Assembly (NCBI RefSeq): GCF_963676685.1
Contig: NC_092349.1
Coordinates: 2,046,001-2,110,000, forward strand
Direction of reading: 5' to 3'
From: Mytilus edulis
Lineage: Eukaryota
DNA length: 64,000 nucleotides
Below are positions 13,030-26,523 of the stretch, piece after piece. The notes under the pieces were generated by a model. That model saw nothing but the letters and a program-made list of their open reading frames with translations, did no database searches and was not told the origin of the DNA. Numbering within the stretch: the stretch's first letter is position 1; the number at the start of each line of letters is the position of its first letter. The translations under genes were made by a program, and so were the position numbers.

Positions 13030-13543
13030 NNNNNNNNNNNNNNNNNNNNNNNNNNNNNNNNNNNNNNNNNNNNNNNNNNNNNNNNNNNNNNNNNNNNNNN
13101 NNNNNNNNNNNNNNNNNNNNNNNNNNNNNNNNNNNNNNNNNNNNNNNNNNNNNNNNNNNNNNNNNNNNNNNNNNNNNNNNNNNNNNNNNNNNNNNNNNNN
13201 NNNNNNNNNNNNNNNNNNNNNNNNNNNNNNNNNNNNNNNNNNNNNNNNNNNNNNNNNNNNNNNNNNNNNNNNNNNNNNNNNNNNNNNNNNNNNNNNNNNN
13301 NNNNNNNNNNNNNNNNNNNNNNNNNNNNNNNNNNNNNNNNNNNNNNNNNNNNNNNNNNNNNNNNNNNNNNNNNNNNNNNNNNNNNNNNNNNNNNNNNNNN
13401 NNNNNNNNNNNNNNNNNNNNNNNNNNNNNNNNNNNNNNNNNNNNNNNNNNNNNNNNNNNNNNNNNNNNNNNNNNNNNNNNNNNNNNNNNNNNNNNNNNNN
13501 NNNNNNNNNNNNNNNNNNNNNNNNNNNNNNNNNNNNNNNNNNN
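13030..13543. other. Assembly gap (514 N)
   Basis: Run of N. Confidence 0.99.
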
Positions 13544-13786
13544 ACTACTTCTACTATTATTTCGTTTAAGTTCATGAACATTTCTTAATATATTTGTATA
13601 TACATACATGTATATATAAACAATTTATTTACAAAAACGTTTATAAATATGAAAAGTTTTCTAAATAATTGATTTATGTACGAGGTCCTAAATTATGTGG
13701 AGCAAACCTTTTTAAAATCAACGACTCTTTTACAAACGTACAATGCCTTCCCATCCACAAATCATATACACATTGGTTCAATTTTA

Positions 13787-15866
13787 TCATCGCAACTTAT
13801 ATATTTTAATTAAATCAGTTTTGTCTATCACAGTCAAAAGATTTCTGCAAACAATTAAATTATTCCCGTCACCGAAGTAGTTAGAAAGTCTTAACGTTGA
13901 CACTGGTTTCAAATCTCCCTCAACTGATAAAACACGCACTACTTTCGATTCGCGTAAGAATACATATATTCTGCCATCATAAAAACAAACACCTTCTGGG
14001 GTGTCATTTAAATTGTATGTCCATTTGACGCGTCCGCTTTGATTAATGCAAGAAATAAAGTTGTTTGTTTTTGATTCAATGCTAACCACTATAGCCCCAT
14101 TTGGAAGACAACACACATTATGTAGAGGCATTATAAAAGGATTACCGAATTCGGATGGTTCACAAATACAAGACTCACTTAAATGTGTTAAAACATTTCC
14201 CTCGACGTTGATAATATCAATATGTGACGTTACCCCACGTGACCATTCAAAATTAATCCTCTTGTTTGAAACGCCACAGGGACTTGAATGACAAATCACT
14301 GCGTACAGATGATCTGGTAATCGTGATATATCATAATACGCCTGATCAGTTACAGTCTTTGAAACTATGCCCAAACATTTGTAAGTTGACAAACGGAAGA
14401 GACACGACTGTTTCCCAGGGGCAGTAACTAGGACATTGTCGTCGTCTTGAATATTTGCAATAGCGTATACACCTTGAATTGAAATTTCATCAATAAACTG
14501 TTCTTTCACATTGATCCGGAATCTTTGTACCTTAAAATTGGCATTGTCTATCACAATTATCGCATGTCCATAAAGAATTAGACCTGTAAATCTTGCGGTT
14601 ATTTTGTTCTCTAGTCCAATTGGGTCAACTTTATCACTGTACTATTGTGCATATTTTAGGGGCCAGCTGAAGGACACCTACGGGTGCGGGAATTCTCGCT
14701 ACATTGAAGACCCATTGGTTGCCTTCGGCTGTTGTTTGCTCTATGGTCGGGTGGTTGTCGCTTTGACATATTCACCATTTCCTTTCTCAATTTTATTTAA
14801 TCTCGAGAAAAGGTTCCAGTTCAAGTGCTCGAGAAGGTAATACGTCTGAAGAAAATTTGACTCTCTGACTGCAAACTGTGGCCTCCGTATCTTCAAAATC
14901 TAAGGAATCAGCAGGCAGAACGTGAACTGTTCCAATTGGTTGATCAACAAGTAAGTCACACAATTCAAGAAACGTTTCATTTAGTTCAAGTTTTATCCCA
15001 ATTGGATCATCTGATACTGCAAGGGAATTTAGCAGATCAGTATTTTTCTGTATACTGTCGGGAATTTTCGATAAAACAGTCAACATATCCTCGGTTGAAG
15101 TTTGAGATTTGGAATGTTCTATGTCACCACGGACTCTTTCTAATTCTTTAACGATTCCTTCCGTTTTTTTCTGCAGTTGTTCAACGTTTACAACGCTTTC
15201 AACTTTGTTCAAAATGTCTAAACTCTTTCGATTTACCCTTTTCTCGAAATCATGAACGATGCTCTTTAATTTAAAAATAGTAGTTTTAATTTGCTGTCTT
15301 GATTGCATTAGGAGTTGATCTTTTCCAATCTCTTTATAATTAGTAACGATGTCCCGTCCGTAGCTAATTATATTTTCTATTTCGTCAATCGAATTTTTCA
15401 ATTTCTCTCTTGCTAAGTCGGCACATATTTTGAAATTCTTGCAATCACAGTCGAAACTGCTATGTTTGTCAACAGCACACTCGGAACATATTATCTGATA
15501 ACACCCGAAACAGAAAAAGTCACAAAATTTCTGAGGATGTTCGGAACAAGGTATATCATTTTTATAGTTTTCTTGCGTTTTAACACCACCCGAGATAGCT
15601 TGTAATAACACTACAGCTAAATCGTCTGTTGGAAAAGATTTAGCCCATTCTTCTGCTGATATTGTGTAAGATGGCATTGTTATCTCACGTCGGTCCACGG
15701 GGCACGTGACTTTGTTAAAACGTCTTGTTGAGTTTATCAACTGGGTCAAACATTCACAACATAAAGTATGGTCACATGGTAATAATTTTGGGTTTTTTAA
15801 TGTGTCTCTACATATAGGACAAGATAAATGATCAGATGCTATGTTATCTGCAAGTCTTCTCTGCAT
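13787..15866 (-). pseudogene. TRIM paralog 2, disrupted by a 166-bp insertion (or a truncated RING-B-box-coiled-coil allele)
   Basis: ATG 15866 after acceptor AG 15869-15868. Removing 14630-14795 restores ...LEIK|VDPIGLENKITARFTG... and a 1914-nt (637 aa) frame colinear with the paralogs. Confidence 0.85.
14630..14795 (+). mobile_element. 5'-truncated 3' end of a Penelope-like retroelement family
   Basis: Absent at the equivalent site of paralogs 1 and 3; its reverse complement matches 54445-54611, the 3' end of the RT-bearing element. Confidence 0.85.
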
Positions 15867-18123
15867 TCTGTAAAAGAATAAATGTTTTATGATCTGCTTA
15901 TATCTCTGAAACAGTAGAGGAAACACCTCAACTTATAATGTATAAAAACAGAATTTCTATAAGAGTCAGCCACCAATCGTATGCAGGAGAAACCATTCCC
16001 TTAACCAAGTGTAATATATATTAATATCAAATATCGTCATCGATACCTAAACCTTTAAACATGTATACAAGTTCTGGAAGTAATTGTGCTGGAAAATTAT
16101 TTTTATCCGTATACAATTTTAGCTGCATGCATATGTTAACGGAATAGAAGCATGATAGAGATTATTAGTGTTTAAGCTAAAACGACTAATTTATTAAATA
16201 ACCAATGTTCTTTCTTTTGAGTATTATTATTTAGTGATTTATTCGGCGAATTTACACATCAATAAATTTCTAAGAGACTACAATATTTCTCATCCAAAAC
16301 CAAGTTATGTGAATCCATTTTTATACTAATTGAATTAATCATTTAAGTATGACGTGTCTTTACCTAAAAAGGTTAAAGAGCAAAAACAAAAATAAAAAAA
16401 AATACGGAGGTTGCCAATTATTTTCGCAATGATCTTCTAAGACCATGTGCTTTTCAGAGTAAAGCATCATCGTATCGTCCACCGCTACTTATGTTTCTAG
16501 AGCGTAAATTATAATATTAATTTCAGAATTTTTTTTTTTTAAATGATATTCTATCATCACGTACTTATACCTACATTATATTATTTGACATTGGACTAGT
16601 TTTTTGTATTTGATGTAGCCTTGCAATTGTTTCTATTCGATCGCCACTGAGAAGTCTTCTGAAATCTAAACAGTGTCTTTCATACCAAATTATAACTCTG
16701 ATATCTGTTTTGAATTATTTTGCAACCAATGGGTTGAAGACAATACGGATCGACGTTCGGTCACCTTGTGTATCAAAAACGCAGTAATCAGCATTTAAGT
16801 GTTGAAAAAAAATAACATTGATACCACCATACCGTTTCATCAGGTAATAATCTTCTACAGTAGTTCGTACATATACATATATATCTTATATTGTGTGTTT
16901 TAAGTAAATTGATGAAAATCCTGAATGATACTGATGTATAAGTTTAGCATGGTATCAATATCAGTTTATAATGTAATGACATACATAGAATTGTCTTATA
17001 ACTTGTTGTTACATGCATCGTTATTTCATTTATATGTTGTTTAATATTATAATTATCTGAATTTGGATCACGCCTCTATTGTGCTCTTTCCAATAAAATA
17101 TTGAATTGAATTGAATTGATATAATAATTATCTGTATATATGTCATGTATGTACTGTTTATAAAATGTTGATTTTTTCGAGAGAAGGCACACCTATTCGG
17201 CGTTTCGGTTTGTTATGCTCTTCGAATCCTAATTAATTTGCATTCGATATAGAAGGACCGAGCAATTTGATTATTAAATGATAAGCCTAGTATCTTTGAT
17301 AATTTCGAAATTTGTTCCGTGACTGCGAGTAAACGTAGCTTGTAACTTCATGTTTTGTCTCCCTAGTTTGCTGTTTGTTTTGCTTCGTGTCGGTCTTATG
17401 AGTCAAACTATTTCCATCTGGTTTTTATAGTTTGTTCTTGAATTGTGCTGTGCATGGTTAGGGAGATTTATGCTTGTGACAAGATTGACCATGTTGCGTT
17501 CTCTTTATTCCGGTTATGTTTCGGGCGCCCTTGATGTAATGGTTGTCGTGTGTTGCTTTGTGTGATCCTTTTATCTTTTATCATAAATCAGGATGATCAT
17601 TTTAATTCATTTGAATTATTACACAATACCATGACTAACGCCATGTAAATCCATGGCATATAGTTATAATATGTAGATTCAGTTAGGAGGGTTAAGAGAA
17701 TTGAGTTTGATTAGGTAGCCTTTTCTACAGGACACAATCGAGCATAGGTCAAACACCATGTATATAGCCATTCTATGAACTCGACTTGTTCAACATAGAA
17801 CATGCTTTTGAGTTTGCATGTGGGTGGGGAGATGGTTGAAACAACATTAATATAGAAAAGTCTCTTATTAGATACCACTAATATGATACATTTTAAGTGA
17901 GAATAACTTTGTAATTTACTAACTTATATCCAATCATTTTATTGTTGTTTAGAACGCATTTTTCTCCTAGCAGTACTGAAGAGTCTACTTGGCTCTCTTT
18001 ATAATGGACTTTCATTATCCGAATAAAAAAAAATAATACAATACATAACTATATTGTAAATCGTCAACATATGAATATTTCTTGAATATAACAATAATGT
18101 ATGAACTTTGATATACAAGATAT

Positions 18124-18317
18124 ACTTACATTTACTTATTCGGTTTATTCACAAGCAATCAGGTTAAGCACATAAATGCAATGCAGAAACGAAAGTAATG
18201 TCTTGTTGAATAGTTTAAATATAGAACATAACATGACATTACGGTTACCACATGATTGTGTTCAAATCAATGACAATGACTTCAGTAATTTAATATGTAC
18301 TGCTAAGGAAGCCTGCC
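18124..18317 (-). promoter_or_regulatory. TRIM upstream module copy 3
   Basis: Donor GTAAGT at 18129; GAAACGAAAGT 18186-18196; acttcagtaattt block; degenerate GGAAGCCTGCC 18307-18317. Confidence 0.6.
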
Positions 18318-20737
18318 AATGCTTATATCATATTCTACCCTAATTTCAGTTTATCGGTATGTGGGTCATTTAAAAAAATGTAGAATGTTATGTATACACC
18401 CGAATATGCTATTTTTTTTTTATCTTAAAGGCAAATACAGTTGTCAGTGCTTAACTGAAAGTGTATAGAATTTTTCCATCAGATAATAAAAAAAAAAATA
18501 CGATTTAGATCTATTTTGATAAGATTGAAATATATGTAAGTCCAATTTTTGCGTGAAAAGTTAGAACTAAAACTACTGACAGATCAGAAAAAACGGTTTC
18601 GATGAATGATTCAGCCAAATAAAGATTGTATACAGGATTACGACAGACTCTGTAACATCGTCAATACTTGTCCCAGCTAACGCTTATTACGGTTTACGAA
18701 CTTAGAGTCTTTGTTATTCTATGCATAGTGTGTTTATGCATGTGTACATGTGTACATATCACGACAAAAAAAAAAAAGAAAATCGACAAACAACTAAAAA
18801 CATAACATATCACAAAAACTAAAGAAAGTGAAATACTAAACTCATGACAGTTGTTGTGTTCTACATGTAATCTCTTGTTTAAATAGATCGCACACGGCAT
18901 TTAGGAGTCATAACAAAGACAGGTTTGCTCGGAGTCGGAATATTGTGTTCGAGTAAGGTGACATGTCTTCCTGCAAACTGTAAGCTTCTAAGTTAGCACC
19001 TTCTAAAGCCGTCTCAGCGTGTTGGTCTAGTACAAAGAAGGGCACATATTCATATAACATGCGTTTTCGATAAAATATTATGCAATTACTAAAGTGGTAT
19101 TTATGAGACTTTATCTACTTTGATTATATGATGGAATTTTATCATTAAGTAAAAGCGAGTCAGAATTCTTTACGGAATGAGTGTCGGGTTCAGTTTTAAG
19201 ATCACAATTGCTTGTAAAATGTCTTATTACTTTTAAGTCACTGCTTAACAATAAATAATCATAACCAAAATCTTCCTTTTTCTAGAATGTAACCTAACGA
19301 ATCAAACTTACAGGGTTTGTTCTTGTATAAACCACACGACACCAGCAACATGTGAAGGTCACCTCCGTGATAGGGTTCGTCTTTTTTTGCCACGGTGTTG
19401 TCAGTTTATTTTCGACTTACAAGTTTGAACGTCCATTTGGTATCCTTCGCTTCTCTTTCTTTAAGTCGTCACAACGAAAGTTTAACAGTCTTCATAATTG
19501 ATTGATCGTAATGAAATCTCAGCGTCACAGATGATAACTGATGTGTTTAAATTGTTTTAGTCATATGAACACTGAGTATGTTTATATCATTAATAACATT
19601 GCCATGTGTAGAGTAGAAAATGTGTAGATTAAAGGAGCACATATTATCACCCGCTTATTTTTTTCAATTTATCCACACTGTTATTTCTAGTTAGTGTTTT
19701 GTAGACGGATACTTGTTTCATCGTCATTTGAATTACCATGATATTGTCAATCTTTCTTTCGACTTATTGATACGAGATTTGATGTACCCTCGGCAGCTTC
19801 CGCCTCTTTATTTTTTAAAACATTTGTGTGTGATATGTCTTGGAAAACGTTCAAGTTGGAGCGTCACTAATGGGGATGTATTTAAACATGACAATTATGC
19901 CGAGAAAAAAAAATCTAAACTCAAATATTGCAGAGTTTTGACATGCCACTGCATGTATTTTTAACAGCTTCTATGTAATCTAAGATCTTCTAAATCTCAC
20001 ATTTTGTGGCGCCTGTTCCAATTAATGATCCTGTTTCAATGTTTCAGGCATTTGGGCAATTTGCTGTTGCTCATCTATGAATAAGTTTAAAAGGACAAGG
20101 TCAGAATGACTTCTCATCAAATTCGAAACTTTAAAAATAAATAGAAAATATTTGTGTATAATAAAAACTTATAGACAACTTTTCTGTGAAGAGGTACATG
20201 AGGTATGAGACTTATTTTTATGATTCGCGGGGTTTGCCATACTAATGTTTACTTTCAAAAGTATTGATGCAGAGATTCCTTGATAACGTCCAGTGACAAA
20301 TAGTTGATCCGTATTCAGGAGAAAAACTTTTAAACTGTTTATACTATAGGTAGGTTATGCAAGATGGGACGAACAGGAACGGAATGCCATGAAATATACC
20401 CGTGGAAAACACTTGTATCTTAATGGAGGAAAACATTTGCCTTACAAACAACCAACAACGGACCTTAGATGTTTTTGATTAATGTAGACAACATCACGCC
20501 TACTGCTAGATCTTCCCTACACGAGAAATCAGATTGAACGCTAACCCCCGCACATATACATGTGTTCAGAAATCATATTAAGTTAAGCTTTATTCTTCAA
20601 TTCTAAACAGATGCCAATGAGACAACTCTCCACAAGAGACCAAAATGACATAAAAATTTATATATAAGTTTAGTAGTAATATATATATATATCAAAGTCA
20701 TTTTAACTGTGTCACTAATTTACTTTACTAACATATA

Positions 20738-22027
20738 CACATGGAAAAAAGTATTGCAACACCTTGATTTTTTAAAACTTGAAAAATCAGCTTTTTTATT
20801 TAGGATGGAATATGATCAAATATTTGTAAAATAATATTGAAACGTAGTTAATGATAACATTGGCATTAAAACGACTATAAAATGTATGAAAAAACAGTTC
20901 TATCTAACCAAAATTTTTATAACAAAATGAAGTGTTTTTTGTACAAAAAAAATGCATTTTGCAACTTTTACTGTGGTCGAACTTTACAATGTCAGATATT
21001 TCAAAATTAATCTTTAGATGATTGTTCACATCATTGTTGATCGTTATACGCCAAAGAATTAGTACTTTGTGCGAAGCCTCCATTCAAAGTGATAACCGCA
21101 TCTTAACGTCTTCTGATTACTTCCATAAGTCGACTAATTTGTTGCTAAGGTAGCAGCAACCATTATTGACGAAGGGTATTGTTTATTTCATGACGTGTGT
21201 GAACTACGGTGTCCTTTCGTGCATTTTACGCCCAATAGTGTCCTATATATGCTCGATATGGTTCAAAGTCGGGCTACAATCGGGCCAAGGAAGATAAACC
21301 GTATTCCATTGGGACAATGGATCTTCCTCTACGATGCTAATTTCCAACTTTGGTGAGCTCTGCACTATATTGGATACGGGCAACTGTGTGTCTGTTCGGA
21401 GGCAAAGGCCTCCAAAATGGTCTTATCGCACGATAACCAGTAGCAATGAGCCGATCCCGAACAGTTCTTGTTTAAGGGCTCATAATTATATGGTCATCAC
21501 TCTCTTTTCAGGATTGTATCGTTTTCAACGGGTTTTCTTCTGACCAACCTCCATTATGCTTAATTTTCCCTAGCAGATGTTATAGAGAGTCTTCTTAATC
21601 TCTTTAACATCGTTTGTTGCCTAATTTGTATTCTCAAAACGACTTATAGAGGAATGGTGATGACCAACAATACGTGCAATTGTCACAGCGACATACCTGC
21701 TTCTCTCATGCTGATTATCTGCTATCTCGCTGCAGTTATGAGTTGTGGATGACCAATTACAAGGTGTCAATCACATAACTTTATAAACTTGGTTATTCAA
21801 ATTGTTGAAAACAATGAGGATAAAAACATATGTCTTATTGTTTACGAGTACAGTAGCTGCATATGTAGTTAAAAACTTATCGAGTCGATATTTATTTATT
21901 TAACTCAGGTGATATTTAAATAATGTTTAACTAGTTCTATTTCCACAAATTATATGACAAAAAAATAAAGAGTGTTTTTTTTTTAATTTGAATTTCAATT
22001 TGGTGTTGCAATACTTTTTTCCATGTG
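20738..22027 (-). mobile_element. Tc1/mariner element with decayed transposase
   Basis: Perfect 26-bp TIR cacatggaaaaaagtattgcaacacc (20738-20763 / 22002-22027); TA duplication; minus-strand remnants PWPDCSPTLNHIEHI* (~21245-21290, WPxxSPDLNPIE motif) and an HTH-like segment near 21660-21730. Confidence 0.9.
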
Positions 22028-22069
22028 TATATAAACAATACGTCTGTATAAAACATTTATTCATTTCTA

Positions 22070-23977
22070 TCATTGTAATTTATAAAGTTTTATAGAACTA
22101 GTTTTGTCTACCACTGTCAAAAGATTTCTGACTACGAGTAAACTACTGCCATCACCAATATAATGAGGAAGTTTAAAGGTGGACGTTGGTTTCAAACCAC
22201 CCTCAATCGACAGGACACGCACTACCTGAGATTCCCGTAGGAACACATATATTTTTCCATCATAAAAACTAACGCCTTCTGAAGTATCATTTAAATTATA
22301 AGTCCATTTGACGCGTCCGTTTTGTTTAATGCAAGAAATAAAACTGTTGGTTTTAGTTTCAATGCTAACTACTATAGTCCCATTAGGAAGGCAGCACATA
22401 CTTTTTAGAGGCATAATAAAGGGATCACCGAATTCGGTTGGTTCACAAAGAAAGGATTCACTAAAATGTTTCAAAACATTTCCATCGACGTTGATGATAT
22501 CAATATGTGACGTAACCCCACGTGACCAATCAAAATTAGCTCTCTTTTTGAATGCACTGCTAGGTCTTGAGTGACAAATGACTGCGAACGCAGAATCTGG
22601 CAAACGCGAAATATCATAATAGGCCTTATCAGTAACTGTCTCTGACATTATGCTCAAACTCTTGTAAGTTGATAATCGAAAAAGACGCGATTGTGTCCCA
22701 GGGGAAGTAACTAATAAATCGTCGTTGTCATGGATATTGGTGATATCGTATGCACCTGGTATTGCAATTGCATCGATGAAACTATCTTTAATTGTGTCTC
22801 GGAATCTTTTTACTTTAAAGTTTGAATTGTCAACGGCAATTATTGAATGTCCGTGAAGTGTTAAACCTGTAAATCTTGCAGAATTGTTTTTCTCTAGTCC
22901 ACTTGGTTCATCTTTAATCTGGAGAAATGGTTCAAGTTCAAGTGCACGAGAAGGTAAAACATTTGATGAAAATTTGATTCGCTGGTTGCACACTGTAGCC
23001 TCCGTGTCTTCGAAATATAATTTATCCGCACGAACGACATGAACTGATCCTATTGGTTGATCCACAAGTTTGTCACACAAATTCAAAAACGTTTCATTTA
23101 GTTCAAGTTTTATCTCAATTGGGTCATCTGACACTCCAAGTGAATTGAACCGATCAGTATTTTTCTGTAGATTTTCAGGAACATTTGATAAAACGGTTAG
23201 CATATCCTTGGTTGAAGTTTGTGATTTTACATATTCTATTTCATCACGGACTCGTTTCAAATCTTTAACAATTTCTTCTGTTTTTTTCTGTAGTTCTTCT
23301 ACGTTTACAACGCTTTCAACTTTGCTTAATATGTCCAGACATTTTCTATTTACCATTTTCTCAAAATTATAAACGATGGACTTCAATCTTAGAACGGTAT
23401 CTTTAATCTGCTGTCTGGATTGCGACAAGAGTTGATCTTTTTCAATCTCTTTAGTGACGATTTCCTGTCCGTGACAAATTAGGCTTTCTATTTCGTCAGA
23501 TGCATCTCCTAATTTCTCTCTTGCTAAGTCGGCACAGTTTTTGAACTTTTTGCAATTGCATTCGGTACTTCTGTGATGCTCAACAGCACATTCTGAACAT
23601 ATAATATGATAACACCAAAAACAGAAAAAGTCACAAACATTATGAGGGTGTTCGGAACAAAGTATCGCATTTTTAGATTTTCCTTGCGTTGTCACATCAC
23701 CTGCAACAGCCTGAAGCAAAACTATAGCTAACTCGTCTGTTGGAAAGGAATTAGCCCATTCTTCTGCTGATATATTATAAGAAGGCGCTGTTATCTCTCG
23801 TCGGTCTACTGGGCATGAAAATTTGTTGTAACGTCTTGACGAATGTATCAGCTGGGTTAAACATTCACAACATAAAGTATGGTCACATGGTAGTAGTTTC
23901 GGATCTTGAAAAGGGTCTTGACATATAGGACAAGACAAATGGTCAGATGCTATATTATCCGCAAGTCGTCTCTGCAT
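22070..23977 (-). CDS. TRIM E3 ubiquitin ligase paralog 3, 635 aa
   Basis: Same architecture; 39 of the first 50 aa identical to paralog 1; acceptor ttttcAG 23980-23979 one base before the ATG. Confidence 0.92.
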   Translation of the reverse strand: MQRRLADNIASDHLSCPICQDPFQDPKLLPCDHTLCCECLTQLIHSSRRYNKFSCPVDRREITAPSYNISAEEWANSFPTDELAIVLLQAVAGDVTTQGKSKNAILCSEHPHNVCDFFCFWCYHIICSECAVEHHRSTECNCKKFKNCADLAREKLGDASDEIESLICHGQEIVTKEIEKDQLLSQSRQQIKDTVLRLKSIVYNFEKMVNRKCLDILSKVESVVNVEELQKKTEEIVKDLKRVRDEIEYVKSQTSTKDMLTVLSNVPENLQKNTDRFNSLGVSDDPIEIKLELNETFLNLCDKLVDQPIGSVHVVRADKLYFEDTEATVCNQRIKFSSNVLPSRALELEPFLQIKDEPSGLEKNNSARFTGLTLHGHSIIAVDNSNFKVKRFRDTIKDSFIDAIAIPGAYDITNIHDNDDLLVTSPGTQSRLFRLSTYKSLSIMSETVTDKAYYDISRLPDSAFAVICHSRPSSAFKKRANFDWSRGVTSHIDIINVDGNVLKHFSESFLCEPTEFGDPFIMPLKSMCCLPNGTIVVSIETKTNSFISCIKQNGRVKWTYNLNDTSEGVSFYDGKIYVFLRESQVVRVLSIEGGLKPTSTFKLPHYIGDGSSLLVVRNLLTVVDKTSSIKLYKLQ

Positions 23978-26523
23978 TCTGAAAAAGAATATATAGATAT
24001 TGTAAGATGTGGTATAATTGTCAATGAGATAACTCTCTATCTAAGTCATAATTCAAAACACTTAAACCACTACAGGTAAAGAAACGGTCTTCAACACGGA
24101 GCTTTGGCTCACACCAAACAGCAAGCTATAAAGTGCCACCAAAAATTACAAGTGTAAAACCATTCAAACGGGAATTATAACCAACAGTATAATCTATATA
24201 GGAAATGTGTGATGTGTTTTTCCAGGCATGCTGGTTTTTTTTTGTATCATCGTCCTCTTTGTTAAACAACCGATCAAAACATTATTGTAGCTACAATTGC
24301 TCATTTACCAACATGAACCGGATTGAACTTTTAAGATAACTTGGGAATATAATTATGGTCGTATTTCAGATCGGAAATAACGCTTGCTAAAAAAAGGCGT
24401 TAATTTCCTATGCGGGATTAACAAGTACACAGCCACGTCCGGTAAGAATGAGTATGTTTAGTCCGTTTCCTCGTTTAGAGAGTGCGCCACTACCTGTACG
24501 TTAAGAGCCCTCGAATAGCTGTTTTGGGAATTGACTATATGTGGTCTGCTACAAGTTAAAATGTATTTCCAGTATATATATATATATCCTCATTTTCCGC
24601 TGACAGTCAAGATTTCCCGACTTTCTATTCATCCCAGGCGGCCTATTACTACAGGAACAGCCTCTACATGGGTAACTATCGTATTTATCTCATTTTGTTT
24701 AAATTAAATATTTGCCTCTAGACATTAAGCAACTAATAATCAATCATCAATCAGTCAGCACCACAGGCAATCACATGTTATTCTGTATGTTGAATCTTAT
24801 TTATTTATTGCTTGCGCAAACACACTTTCTACAGAAAGATAAGGCTTAAATTGAAAATAAAAAAACTGCATGTTTAGACTAATTGTTTACAATCAAAAAT
24901 TGGACTTCAACTGCCTCTAAAACTACCTTTACCGAAAACTTCAATCAACAACTTTTAACCCTGAAGCCGGATAGACGGACAAAGGACGAAGGAACGGATG
25001 TACAGACCAAAAAACATAATGCCCCTTTCTGGGGTATGAAAGTGTTAGAAAGAGTATTATGCTTTTGTTAGAGATGATGATTTTTTTAGCTCTTTTTTAA
25101 CGTCGTCAGTGTCAAATATTTTAAACAAATCTAGGAAAACAAATTAACAATTAAACTTAATAGTTGTATGGCCTTATATAGTAGCCAATTGAACTGCAGA
25201 CGGTGAGGCACTTACTACCTGTACATGGCCTAGGATTTTGCATTCCAAATCAAACACTTTCAGGGCTCTGGAATACTAAATTTATAGAGGGGGATGACGT
25301 TTAGATTATGTTAATATATCTGTTGGCTGTTATATTTGTGACTGTTTTGAATTAAAGGAGATCAGGTATGAACACCGACACTAAGTCAAGTAAATAGTTT
25401 GAGAATAAATACATATATAATGTAATTTTATAGTTCTTTTATTTACAAAGAAAAATTAACTAAATATATTTAGGAATGGGAACTATAAATCCCTGTGCAT
25501 CATCGCCACCGGAAATGGTTACCTACGAAGCGGCTAGCATTGGAAAAATATAAACAATGTAAGAATTCCTTTAAAATTAACCATTTCTACAGATAAAGTA
25601 AACGCTTTCGAAAGTATTTTAAAAAGTTCATTTTTTTTTTATGTCACATGTAGCAAAGAAAGAGAAGATTTTTTGTTGTACTCTTTGGTACGAGAAAAAT
25701 CATTATATTTCAAGACAAAGTTTTTGTTTATGATTCTGTGATCATTTTATATTTACTGAAATTCATTATCCAAAAGATGCATTTTTTTGTGCATATATCT
25801 GTGTGTTTCTTTATTCTACATTGGCTAAAGGTATTGGGGGAGGGGTTGAGATCTCAGAAAACATTTGTCTGCTAATTGTTGGCAAATAAAAAATAAAAGC
25901 TTCATATATCAGAAAATCGTTTCAAAAAACGGTAACCTCATCGAAACGGTAGAAATGGTTAAACATAAAGGAATCATTACTCGTTTTCATTTTTTTTTTA
26001 CTTTCTCTCCAAAAACCAATTTCAGATGATGACACAAAAAGTTCATTGGAGTTCATTGAACTTTAAGCATTATATATTCCTGGTAGTTTTTCCCACCTAT
26101 TAAAATATTTGCAAGCTGGAAAATATTACCTATTTCAGCAAAACATCCTATCCTCATATTTATCATTTGTATCTATTGAAATGGCTATACAATCATTCTA
26201 AGGTTGTCATTTTTGGAAAATAAAGTGGTTAGAAAACGAAAGTAGAATGTTCAAAATTGTTATGTATGACCTTAGATTGGTTCTTACAGGAAGTTTTCAT
26301 AATATTCGACCATATACACATTTCTAATTTTATCGAGCTGCAGTGAAAATTCTGCTTCGTTTCGCAACACATGAATTTTCAACATCCACAACAGTAACCA
26401 AGGTTCGCCTAGTACATATATGACATTTTGTACATTTGTTAACATATCAATATTTTCTTGATTGATATGATAAATTTTTATCATGAAAGTATATATTAAC
26501 TACGTAATGGTATTTACTATATT

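Noticed and set aside
12735-13609. Poly-Tyr/Thr ORF and X-filled ORFs
   Set aside because: Artefacts of the (TAC)n microsatellite and the N gap
14630-14795. TRIM2 insertion acting as an intron
   Set aside because: On the coding strand it starts with TAA rather than GT and has no pyrimidine-rich acceptor
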